From positions 25,851,648-25,915,647 of the forward strand of contig NC_092673.1 of NCBI RefSeq assembly GCF_964355755.1: 64,000 nucleotides of DNA. The letters are read 5' to 3'. The first letter of the stretch is position 1. Each line of letters starts with the position of its first letter. Shown here in pieces: positions 14,684 through 26,600 of the stretch. The notes beneath the pieces were generated by a model. The model saw only the letters and a program-made list of their open reading frames with translations. It was not told the DNA's origin and made no database searches. This stretch comes from Antedon mediterranea. Lineage: Eukaryota > Animalia > Echinodermata. A program made the position numbers and the translations under genes.

Positions 14684-16100
14684 CTAGCAATTATACCCGC
14701 CCCAGGGCGGGTTTCAAAATTTTTTTTGTTTACAGCCTTCTCAGTACATAACACCCGACGCCAGTATCTGTCTATACTCACCAACCTCCACCCCTCTACT
14801 CTTTCTTAAAAACAAATTCTTCCCAGTGATGGACAAATTCAATTCAACCTAAGCTTCGAATTGAGAGGAGTATGCATAGCTACGATGGGTCTAATAATGG
14901 TTGAAGTACGTTGTAAATTGTGTAAATGAATAGGTGTCATATTGGCTGATAATTAAAATATGTAATTTAGATACTGCGGCCCCCAGCCTTCTTTCTCCTT
15001 TCACCACCCCAGCCACCATCAACAAACCTTAACTCCTCCCCTGGACAGTTCAAATTTAGTAACTTTTCCTAGTACAATCCAATCATATAGGCTACTTCAT
15101 TACGCTAGTATTTTCGCTCCTCCTCCCCCTACAAACACACCCCAGATACACTGGGTGACGTGTTGAAGCCGGTTCCAGTACAAATTATTTTATTATCACT
15201 CCCAACCCATAATCCCTCAGTGGCAGTTTTCAAATGTAGTTTAAAACATTCCAAATACAGTTTCGGTCATGGTGATAGACCTACATCCCCACCCCAAACT
15301 CCCATCCGCTTCCCAGGGATGATTAAATACTTTAACATTTTCCAACCACAATTCTGGTGTAAGCAAAATTCCCACTATCCCCTGAACCCAAACCCTATCT
15401 CCCTACCCCCACTCTCCCACAATTGACGTTTTTTTCTTGGAGGATTGGTGATGTAGTTGAACACAGTAACAGTAAACAACATGTGTATGTTCACACAGGT
15501 ATGGATGTCTGTAATGAGACAATCCAAGAGACCGATACTGTATACATAGCTGGATATGGTTAAAGTACTTTGCTAAATGTGTAATTGAATAGGTGTCATA
15601 TTGGTCAATGAATAAAATATGTATATCTAACGCCTTGCTGAGGATAATTCAAATACTGTAAAACTTTTGTAGTATTTAGTTTACAATTCGATAGCCTACA
15701 ACCCCGAGGCCTAGCAAAAATGTGACATCACAAACCACCACACCACCCACCCCTGACACAAAAACCCCAGGAGTCGGGGGAATTTTGTTAAATGTAGGTT
15801 AAAACCTTCCGGGTACAATTGCCATCATTTTGATTCCCCATACGTATGGTTACGTGCAGAAACAGAAATTTGTATAACGAACAAACATCGAAAGTGGGGT
15901 TTTGACCACATTTTGGTCCCTAACTTGGATCCTAGGTGGCGGATGATGTTGAAATATAGCTTAGAACATTCCCGGTACAATTGCGGTCATTTTGGTACCC
16001 CATATGTAAGATTATGTGCAGTAACAAAATTTTGTATAACGAACAAACAAACAAACAAACAGACAAACAGACAGACAAACTCTCTCACTTATAATATAGA
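14684..16100 (-). mobile_element. Non-autonomous Helitron (1417 bp)
   Basis: Minus strand begins A|TCTATATTATA followed by a TTTG/TCTG microsatellite, and ends with hairpin CCCGCCCTGGGCGGG, a short spacer and CTAG|T. These are the canonical TC...CTAG termini inserted in an AT site with no TSD. Confidence 0.85.
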
Positions 16101-18236
16101 TTAGGATGTATTCCTTTTAATGTTTTGTTATTCATTGTTAGGTCCTATTGAAATCATTCAATTTAGTCGCGTGTCGGACGGACATCCTCGTGTTTTTGTA
16201 TCACACGTCGTACACTTTGAAATATGGCATTGTGTACACATGAGAACAAGGCACGCGCTATTTAACATAAACCATAAAGATCAAACTCCCAAATATAGGC
16301 TTACTGCCATAGAGGAAATAAATATGTATTATAATGGTTCCCTTCCACGTATTAATAATAGAGGAAAAAGTAATAATTCTGTTAACAAAATAGTATTAGC
16401 GACATGTGCAACGTTATGTCCTAGCGCTGCAATAATTATTATTTCATCAACTTTCAACTAAGGAGGTATAGGCCTATACATACAAATATCAACTCATCTA
16501 TTAAGCCGTAATTCTTTGGTAATCGGTACAAATAAACACGACATTGAACGAAAAAATAATATTTATATTATTATTATTAATCATCGTAATAATTATAATT
16601 GTTTTCGTTGTAAAACATCAAAATGTAAACCCTAAAAAAAAGCACGTATTACTGTACTTTATTTTGGTTATTCTAAATTATAAACCTGTTGTTTTTGCTA
16701 ATATCATGCAAACTTCCCGTAGATCTACTACGAATTTATTACAGGCCTATTAATATTTATAAAAACCGCTCTCTTACCAGAATATTTCCATTCGATATTG
16801 ATAAATGAAGGCACAGTATTTTCCTTTTCAAAGGTCCTGGTACCGGTATAAAGCACTATCTTCCGACGCACTCTTTGTGTATGAAAAATAATAATATTAA
16901 TATGTTATACGGCAGCATCTATTAATACTATAGACCTATAGTAGGATGTTAAAAACCTTTTAGAAATCAGCTACCAGAGAGAAATGTTATTTTTGTAACA
17001 GACACGTTGCATTTTCATCTCTAATTGTATACGTTTAGTTTATTCAGGTTTAATCGTTTAGTTATGCTCATAAAAATTGCATGGTTCAAGTTGTTTATTG
17101 TCTGCGTATGTGTGAGAAATTTAGCCATGTGTTGTATAAGCTACAAATGATTTGGATTTATTAAAAATTGTTATAATATGCGAAAATGCGAACAGACCAT
17201 ATGTAGGCATGGCAAGTTAATATCGGTAGTCGAAAAATGGTAGGGAAATAAATCAAATAAAAATTAAATCAAGTCTATTTTTAAAACGTATCTTCAAACC
17301 AGATAAACATTTTCAATCAAATCAAGTCTATTCTCATTGTTAAAAATTTATCCATCGGTGAAAAAATCATTTTCATTTAGGCCTATATCATTAGCATATA
17401 GTGTGCATTAATGGGAAATACATTAAATGTTCTAAATAACAATTGTGAATAAAATTAAAAAGTTGTTAAAAATGAAATTAGTAGGGCCCTATGCCGTCTG
17501 ATTACCGTTGATATTATTTTTTTTAATTATTTCTATATTATAATTTATTATAATTCTATGTTTGTACGCCCGCTGTATTAAAATATGCCATAACACACTC
17601 GACTACCGGTAAACCTAAGTATTGCTGGTTTTCCGTATGCACGGGTTGTTAAAATTATGGAAAGTCATCACAAGTAATGGCAATTTATCTGGTTTCTACT
17701 TCATTTATCGTTGCATAATTATAGCCCCATAATAAACTACTCTACGCCTACAAACTTTATTTTTCCATGATTTTCCATGACTTTTTTTTCTTTTTTTTTA
17801 AATCACGATTGGCCAATTTATTATGTTTTTTTCTAATAATAAGACCATGGAGGTATAAAAAATAGATTAGAATCTATTTTTATACCTCCATCAGTAGACC
17901 ATGGAGGAAACAATCATTAATTTAAAAAAAAATATATATATATACATTGTCCTTCATGGGTAGACAAATATCCCATAATTTAATGACAATACTGTATAAA
18001 CAATATAAAAAGTTGCAAAAGTTGTAAGTAGGGGAAATCCCCGAATTCGTGCGATACCGGAAAAGCATATACTACATAAATTCAACCATGCGTGACAGTT
18101 ACCCTGGATCGGATCGTCGATAAAAATAAAGTGTGGGCCTATATATAACATTCATTAACAAGATGTTTCTAAAACTATCTAGCATCGTCATATATGATCT
18201 GAACTTCTTGTTTGTAGTAGACTTATTGATGCAAAA

Positions 18237-19928
18237 ATGAGTCTGCCGAACTTTGTAGAATTGGGAAAGAAGATTGTGTGTGTTGGTAGAAATTATGCGT
18301 AAGTTATTAGCCTTAGTTAGCAGGTAGGTCTGCCTAGCTAGGCCTAATTAATAGGAGGCCTGACTGCTAGTAAACAAACACTCAGCAGCCCAGTGAGATC
18401 TATCCTATAGAGAAGCCTTCGGGTACATTACTCATTTTTTCCACATAATAGATTCTATTCGGACAAAAACTTTGTGACGACAGAATTCATTCTATGTAGA
18501 CAAAATTCATTCTGTGTAGACAGAATTCATTCTGTGTCAAAAAAATTCATTTTGTGTCAACAAAATTCATTTTGTGTCAACAAAATTAATTTTGTGTCGA
18601 CAAAATTCATTCAGTGTCGACAAAGTTCATTTTGTGTCGAAAAAATTCATTTTATATCGACAAAATTAATTTTGTGTGCTGAGCCTACTCAAGAGTGAGA
18701 CAGAACGTTTTAACATGCAAATTAGAAGGCAGAGTTTTTAATGGAGCCTCAAAGATTGACAGTTATATTAATTTTATTTCCCCAACCTTTTCTACTAACA
18801 CTTTATAATTACTTGATTTACCAGCAACAGTCCAATATAATTATGGAAGTCTTAGTTGAGCAGCAGTGAAATAAAATTTGATGATCGATACTGAAAAGAA
18901 AGACACGCATTTTAAGTGTAATGAAGCATCTTTATTTAAAACCCCATGCGTCGACTATACCAATTGTTCTTGTTATTAAAGAAATGTCTAATATTGCTTC
19001 AACATGGTAGAGACTAACTAGGCTACTACTAGAAGTGTACAAGAGCCTAGGCCTAGACTAAACTGTCATTTATAATATTTTAATGCCATATGGTTTTTTC
19101 CTGAGAGTTGCCGTCAACCAATAATAATGCCCTAGAAAATGTTGTACCCAAAATTTCACTAAACTGTCTTTTTACAAATTTTTAGAGATCATGCCGTGGA
19201 ATTGGGGAACGAAGTTCCAACAGAACCACTGTTATTTTTAAAGCCGACTACGGCATACTTACAAGAGGGAAGCTTAATTAAGGTAATTTTGTGTTGTTTT
19301 TAGTGAAAATACAGTCTATAGAAGCCCTTATTTGGGACACTGTCACACCCCTCTATTCATTTGATATTATTTTCTAATATAGGTAATAATAGATAATTAA
19401 TTCAGCATTGCAACATCTACGAATAATTCTTGTTAATGCTTCTAGATGCCTCCTGGTTGTACAGACCTTCACCATGAAGTTGAGCTTGGAATTGTCATCG
19501 GAACCAAAGGTTCCAACATCCCAGAAGCATCAGCAATGAACTATGTTTGTGGGTATGTTCTGGGTCTTGACATGACTGCTAGAAACCTTCATGATGCTGC
19601 TAAGAAGAATGGTCATTCGTGGACGCTAGCAAAGTCATTTGACACGTCTTGTCCCATTAGTAAATTTGTCGAAAAAGATTGTGTAAAAGATGTTGATAAT
19701 GTAAGATTATGGTTGTCCGTTAATGGAAATATGCGTCAAGACGGAAACACAAGCGATATGATTTTTAAAATTCCAACACTTATTAGTTATATTAGTCGTT
19801 CGATGACCCTTGAACCTGGCGATGTTATATTAACTGGGACCCCCTCTGGATTTGGACCAGTAAAGTCTGGCGATGTCATTGTGGCTGGTCTAGACCAACT
19901 CCTGGAAATGTCTTTTACAGTCGCCTAA
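18237..19928 (+). CDS. FAHD1: FAH-domain protein 1 (acylpyruvase / oxaloacetate decarboxylase), copy 1, 213 aa
   Basis: Exons 18237-18298, 19186-19282, 19446-19928, GT-AG and in phase. Motifs [35 protein letters not shown]. Confidence 0.95.
18465..18677. repeat. 21-bp minisatellite in FAHD1 copy 1 intron 1
   Basis: aattcattttgtgtcgacaaa, about 10 copies; absent from the copy 2 intron. Confidence 0.9.
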
Positions 19929-20025
19929 TTTCCGATTACTGTATAAATAAGGTTTTAATAGTCTATCTGTTGGAATTTGTTGGTGGGTATTGAGCAAATT
20001 CTAGGAACCTCTGGACGTAACCAAT

Positions 20026-20118
20026 AAAAGTGTTAAACTTGCCTCAATTGATATAAGACTCTGAGCTTTATTGGTTTCAAGAGTATTTTGATCTCGAACA
20101 GTGGCGAGTTCTAGGTCT
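20026..20118 (-). pseudogene. Duplicated fragment of MVP-like exon 21
   Basis: Close match to 24551-24642 ([25 protein letters not shown]), including the GC donor. Confidence 0.9.
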
Positions 20119-21093
20119 GATCGCCAACCCACAGTAAATGTAAAATGTGCTAATTTACATGCAAAACTATTATAGGCCTTTAAAACAAAATAATCTGATC
20201 TACCTATTGTAAGTTGCTGAGCATATTTGTTAAATATTATCCACTGCAATAAGAGATTACTGCAGCAATCTGGGATTAGGCCAAATCTTCGCAAAGTGTA
20301 TACTTGTTTACTTAAATATGACCGGCCACTTACCGGCGTTCCCATCTTATTTAGGCCTACGTGTGGGTATAATTATTATGTTTTCTTTGTAGAAAGCAAA
20401 GTGTTGCAGATGCCATATTAAACTATTGAGTTTCTAAAATACTTCCTTCATGATTTATTATTTTAAATTATTTTTATATTATAGTTTATTATAATGCCAT
20501 GTTTGTACGCCCACCTGTATTCAGATATGCCATAACACACACTACCGGCGGTGAACCTAAGTATTGCTGGTTTTCCATGTGCACGTATTGCAGTTGTTAC
20601 AATTATGGAAAGTCATCACAATTGCATTGGAAATTTAACTGGCTTATGCTTCATTTATCTTTATATAATTATGCCTCCACAATAAACTACTGTACGCCTA
20701 CGAACTTCATTTCCATGACTTTTTTTAAAACCACGTTTGGCCAATTTGTTGTGTTTTTCACAGGTGACCATTGAGGAAACAATAATTGATCTAAAATTAT
20801 ATATTTTCCTCCATGAGTAGACAAATATCCCATAATTTAATGACATTACTGAAACAATAATGATAATAAGTTGTGAAAGTTGTAAGTAGGGGAAATCCAG
20901 TAGGGGAAATCCCCGAATTCATGCGACACACCGGAAGAGCATACCACATATATTCAGTCATGCGTGACAAAACGTTACCCTGGATATCGGATCGTCGATC
21001 AAGTGTGTGGGCCTGTACAAGATGTTTCTAAAACCACCCGGTATCGTCATATGATCTAAACTTCTTGTTTGTAGTAGACATATTGATGCAAAA

Positions 21094-22218
21094 ATGAGTC
21101 TGTCGAAATTTGTAGAATTGGGAAAGAAGATTGTGTGTGTTGGTAGAAATTATGCGTAAGTTTAGTGGCCTTTTAGATAGTTATCAGGTAGGCTAGGTCT
21201 GCCTAGCTAGGCCTAGCTAGGCCTAGTGGTAGGCCTGACTGCTAGTAAACAATCCTATGGAGAAGCCTCCGAGTAGCCTGCTTCGACATGGTAGAGACTA
21301 ACTAGGCTACTACTAAAAGTATGCAAGGGCCTAGACTAGACTGTCATTTACATACTTTATTACCATATTGTTTTTTGCAGAGAGTTAATAAATTAATAGC
21401 GTAGGTCCCCTAGATGATTTTGTATCCAACATTGCACAAAATTGTTTTTTTACATATTTTTACTTTTATTTAGAGAACATGCTGTGGAATTGGGGAACAA
21501 AGTTCCAACAGAGCCACTGTTGTTTTTAAAGCCGACTACAGCATATTTATCAGAGGGAAACTCAATTAAGGTAATTTTGTGTTTATATACATTTGGTTGT
21601 TTTTAGTGAAAACGCAGTCTATAGTCTACAGTCTATACCCCTCTATTTATTAGATTTTATTTTCTAAAATAGGTAATAATAGATAATTTATTCAGCATTG
21701 CAACATCTACGAATAATTCTTTTTAATGCTTCTAGATGCCTCCTGGTTGTACAGATCTTCACCATGAAGTTGAGCTTGGAATTGTCATTGGAACCAAAGG
21801 TTCCAACATCCCAGAAGCATCAGCAATGAACTATGTTGGTGGGTATGCTCTGGGTCTTGACATGACCGCTAGAAACCTTCAAGATGCTGCTAAGAAGAAA
21901 GGTCACCCGTGGACACTAGCAAAGGCATTTGACACGTCTTGTCCCATTAGTAAATTTGTCGAAAAAGATCGTGTAAAAGATGTTGATAATGTAAGATTAT
22001 GGTTGTCTGTTAACGGAAATATGCGTCAAGACGGAAACACAAGCGATATGATTTTTAAAATTCCAACACTTATTAGTTATATTAGTCGCTCGATGACCCT
22101 TGAACCTGGCGATGTTATATTAACTGGGACCCCCTCTGGAGTTGGACCAGTAAAGTCTGGAGATGTCATTGTGGCTGGTCTAGACCAAGTCATGGAAATT
22201 TCTTTTACAGTCGCCTAA
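21094..22218 (+). CDS. FAHD1: FAH-domain protein 1, copy 2 (more canonical), 213 aa
   Basis: Exons 21094-21155, 21474-21570, 21736-22218. [24 protein letters not shown] and GTPSGVGPV resemble canonical FAHD1. Confidence 0.96.
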
Positions 22219-23354
22219 CTTCCGATTATAAATATGGTTTTAATAGAATTTGTTGGCGGGTATTGAGCAAATTCTAGGAACCTCTGGACATATCCAATAG
22301 TGAAACCGATTGTAAAACATTTGATTGGGTATTATTAGCCAAATAACAGATTGTTTTTGTGCAGTTTCCAGCTGCAACAATTCCTAAAATAATTAAAGTA
22401 CCTGCAGAATAAATAATACAGTATGTGTTTGATGATTGTAGAAAATATGTTGTTATGGATGCTATTAAAAACAGTCAATTATGTTTTGCAAATAAATCTA
22501 CATTTTATTATTTAATTATCATGCATAATATTGTATTGATATGTAGGAAACACAGAAAGTGTATTCACAATAGTTTAGATTATACACTGTTTTTTTTTCT
22601 TGAACTGTGGTCAATAAAAGAATTAAATTCACAATTTAGTTTGTAAACACGTTTCATGTGACCTGATCTTTCTTTGTATAGACAATGTAGGTATATGTAT
22701 ACATTGGTTCATAATTATAGCATACCTATATTATTTTTTTTTTCACAATAAACAACTGAATACACATACATATATAAAATATTAATCTTTAGGTAAGCCT
22801 AAAATACCACTATTATCAATTAGAAAAAATAATAAAAAAACTAAATATTACATTAAAAAAAATATAAACTCAATATTGCATAACATATTCTCTATGCTTC
22901 ATTACCTCTTGTTTAACAATAAGCATGCCATGCTATTATCTTTGAGAACCATTAACCTTTTTGCAAAGTTTGAAACACTACAATACTCATGTTAATAAAT
23001 CTAACATCTTAAAATAGTGCTGTATTAACATTTTTTATGACATAATGTTTTTTTTTATTTTTTATTTTATTGTGCATTTTAAGAAATGTTATGGTGCCTG
23101 TTCCTGTTATTTACTATGCTGTATATGCTTTTTTTTAAAAATTGTATTTTTTTTTAAACAATTTCTTATTTTTTCAGATGGGTTTTAAGATTAGTTTCTA
23201 GGTGACACATCTGTGAATGCTGTTATTTCTTTACACGGTGAGTTTTCTGATTTTTTTTCTGCATACTGCATGTATATATCTTTTACAAAATGGTTACTTC
23301 TATTGCAAAATACAGTTAACAATACAAAAATAAATAGACTACTCTTACTACTAA

Positions 23355-23475
23355 TGCTCTGTCTACACTATCAAACTAGGTTGACGACAAAAAAAAGTGT
23401 AGTAATATGACATGTTCATAGATGGGTACATCACATTTTTTGGTCACATAAAGTTTGATAGTGTAGAGAGAGCTT
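23355..23475. mobile_element. MITE family A copy
   Basis: gctctgtctacactatcaaact ... agtttgatagtgtagagagagc terminal inverted repeats. Confidence 0.85.
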
Positions 23476-23647
23476 GAGGTTAAATAATATATGAATAAAC
23501 ATTTTATTCTCCGACATAAAATAGAATATAACATTATATATAATTCTTTTTGTAAACTACTGTAGGCCGCAATTCCTAAATCATGGGATAAAATTTTGGT
23601 TAAATTCAAACAAGTTTCCATTTCAATGTATTTACTTGGCGTATATT

Positions 23648-26600
23648 TCACTTGGTACCAATAAGACCATGAGCCGTATTTAAAAGGTTGATGGGATTGT
23701 TGCCATCGGTGATAAAAGTGGTCTCAAGTCCAAGTGCTTTCAGCAACTTAACCTGGTGAAAGAGAAATAAACAGATTAGCATTCTTGGTTGTTGTTTTTT
23801 TCAATTTCATACGCATTCAACAGCAAGCACAGACTCACCAATTACTGGATGAATAAACTATTTTATAATTGTGATGCTCATAAACTAAGTCTCATTTAAG
23901 GCTTAGGGAGTGGAATTGAAAGAGTCGTGAATTACAACCCTGGCATGGTCAGGATTGAACCATGGACCTTGGGATTGGAAGGCAAACACGTTAACCACCA
24001 AGCTACAGCTCCACTTGTCATGGTAATTGTAATGGTTGGAACAGTCACAGATGGATGCAGTCTATATGAATGTATGTACCCTATCCTCCTTACCTGCATT
24101 TCTGGACCTGCAACTGCTATACCTGATATTGTATCTGCTCCTAGAGTATTAACAATCTTCTTAAACTTGGATACCTATTTTTTAAAACAATCATTCTTAG
24201 TTTTAGGCTCGGTATGAATTGAAGAAGACTAAAATTTGCTGGAAACTTTCTTCGCAATAAAGAAGAAATCATTGCTGTGGCAGCCAAAACATGTGCTTGC
24301 AAAAAAAGGATGACCAGCACTCACATACATTTATGTACTAGAGGCGGGTTCTGGTATGCAGAGAGATGAACTGGCTGTCACAATGGCAGATAGGAAGTTA
24401 TAGAGGAATCTAGTCATATAAGTTTGGATATGTCCTGAGCTAAGTAAGTTAGTAATGAATTATGAAGAAATAAATTATAAAAGCCCAATAGTCTGTTAAA
24501 AAAACAAACTGATAAAAATAATTGAATGAGAAAGCGAGTACTGTATTCTAAAAAGGGTTAAACTTGCCTCAATTGATGTAAGACGTTGAGCTTTATTGGT
24601 TTCAAGATTATTTTGATCTCGAACAGTGGCGAGTTCCAAGTCACGAAGTATAGTTGTAGTATCCAAATCTGATGCGTGTAGAATCTCATCGGCCTGCGCC
24701 TTCAGCTGGGCGGCTACTATCTCACTCTGGCACTCAATACGAAGCTTTTCTGACTGGGCCTAAAGATAATTTTTCATATTTGTTTTTATTATTTATTTTT
24801 CACCCGTCAATGTATCAGATAGGATTAAAGAAACCAGTCCGCCCTCATATCCTTCCCTCATGCGTCAAAGTTCATAAAAATCCACCCCTGATAATCAACA
24901 TTGTTTGATGAACTGGTGCTACAATTTTCTCTTCAATTATCAAGCATAATCACTTTTATCATAACTTGCCAAAATAACCAGGCCCATCACAGCTACCCCT
25001 GGATCTTGTAAATTCCAGCCAAATAGGTAAATAAATGCCAACCAAGCCCCCGACCAAGCCCTAATCAACTAAAGTCAACTACAAACAAAATGTTTACCGA
25101 TGCTTCTGCCTTAGCCTGACCACTTGACTCAATAGCAGCTGTCACTGCTTGTAGAGAATATAGCTGACATCTTGCCTTCTCTGCTTCTTTCTCATTGGAT
25201 AGTTTCTGACGTTCTAATTCACCTTTAGCCTTCTGCTCCATTCTGCTTGCCTCGTGCTCTGCTGATGCCTCAACAGATCTTTCATAAAGACTTATAATTA
25301 ATAGTCTTGAAATCTTTCATATTCAAAAACTTAGTTTTATTGAAATAATCTTGTAAAATAGTTCATATGTGGCCAACTAGTCCTCGGTACTGTATCTAAG
25401 TTTTCTAGTAAAATGTGTTTTAAATGTGGAGCCTGTCTCATAGGTCCTAACAATAATCAGGGCCTTAACCAGAATGAGGTAGAGAAGTCACTCCAACACA
25501 GCTTGTATACCCACTTATTTTAATCTCTCACAGACCTGATAGTTTATCAGCGTATTCACCCGCTTTAACCAAGATAGGAACTAGCATTCGCCGTCACAAT
25601 GTATTTCAATGTCATAACTTATTAACGTATTAATGGAACTGCCATACTCACCTTGTTGCTATTTCAATTGCCATTTGAACAGATTTCATCAGACTATCTC
25701 TCATATGCTTGTCAACAGGCTCAATACTTTGTACGTCAACATTGGTGATCACCTTTCAGGTAAAACAATCATTACTAACAAATTAATATATCGCACTATC
25801 TTTATATTTAAGGCTACAAAGAAACAACAACTAAACCACTTCAAAATAAAAATACCTTCAAAATATACATAGAACCTTTCCTGAAAACCTAACAAGGGGC
25901 AATATATGTACAGTATGTCTTCGCAATAATGGACAGGGGTCATAGAAAGGTCATAAAGGTCATGTGCATCACAAAAACATTAAAGAAATAATCCTAGATA
26001 CAGTAGTATTAAAAGATACGAAACCATTTTAAAAGCATTATTTTGATTCCTCAGAAAAGCATGGGTGGGAATTATAATTTTATATATAAAATGTTATGTT
26101 TTACCAGTTGATTGGCCTCAAAATAGAGTCTATCTAACACCTTTCCATTGTCATCCACACCAAACACAGCAGCCCGTATTATCTTCACTGAAAACTTGTG
26201 GAATTCATCGAAACGAATGCGGGATACTGCACCTCGAATTCTGCCTCCTAAGAGTGAATTGATAACAAGTCTGGTAAGTTTAGTCATTTTTTTAAGCTCT
26301 AGTGATAACAGTTGTTCAGATGTGATTGTGCTTAAGTATGAAAGCTTAAAATAGCCACCCACACTCACCATTATCAATTACTTGATTCACTTATAAAAGA
26401 CTTACCAATCTCACGACAAGCAAATCCTATAAAATCTGGAACAGAAAAGATAGCCTGCTCTGACTTTTTGTCACCTTTTTTCACCTGTAAAGTGTTAATA
26501 GTTAATGGACAGTAAAGATATATTCTTAGAATTCTGAAAATAATTCATTATTTTAAATACAGTAGAACTGTAGAACTTTTTACTTAATAGTAGTTATAAC

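Larger units (their letters stand above)
17550..22290 (+). repeat. Tandem segmental duplication carrying FAHD1
   Basis: ~17550-20020 is homologous to ~20490-22290 across promoter, exons, introns and 3' flank. Confidence 0.92.

Noticed and set aside
20001-20345. 114-aa minus-strand ORF as a separate gene
   Set aside because: Only about 25 codons derive from the duplicated MVP exon; the rest has no coding signal.
23940-24012. tRNA-Gly gene
   Set aside because: Stems do not pair fully and the head continues into a body shared with another copy, so it is a SINE head.
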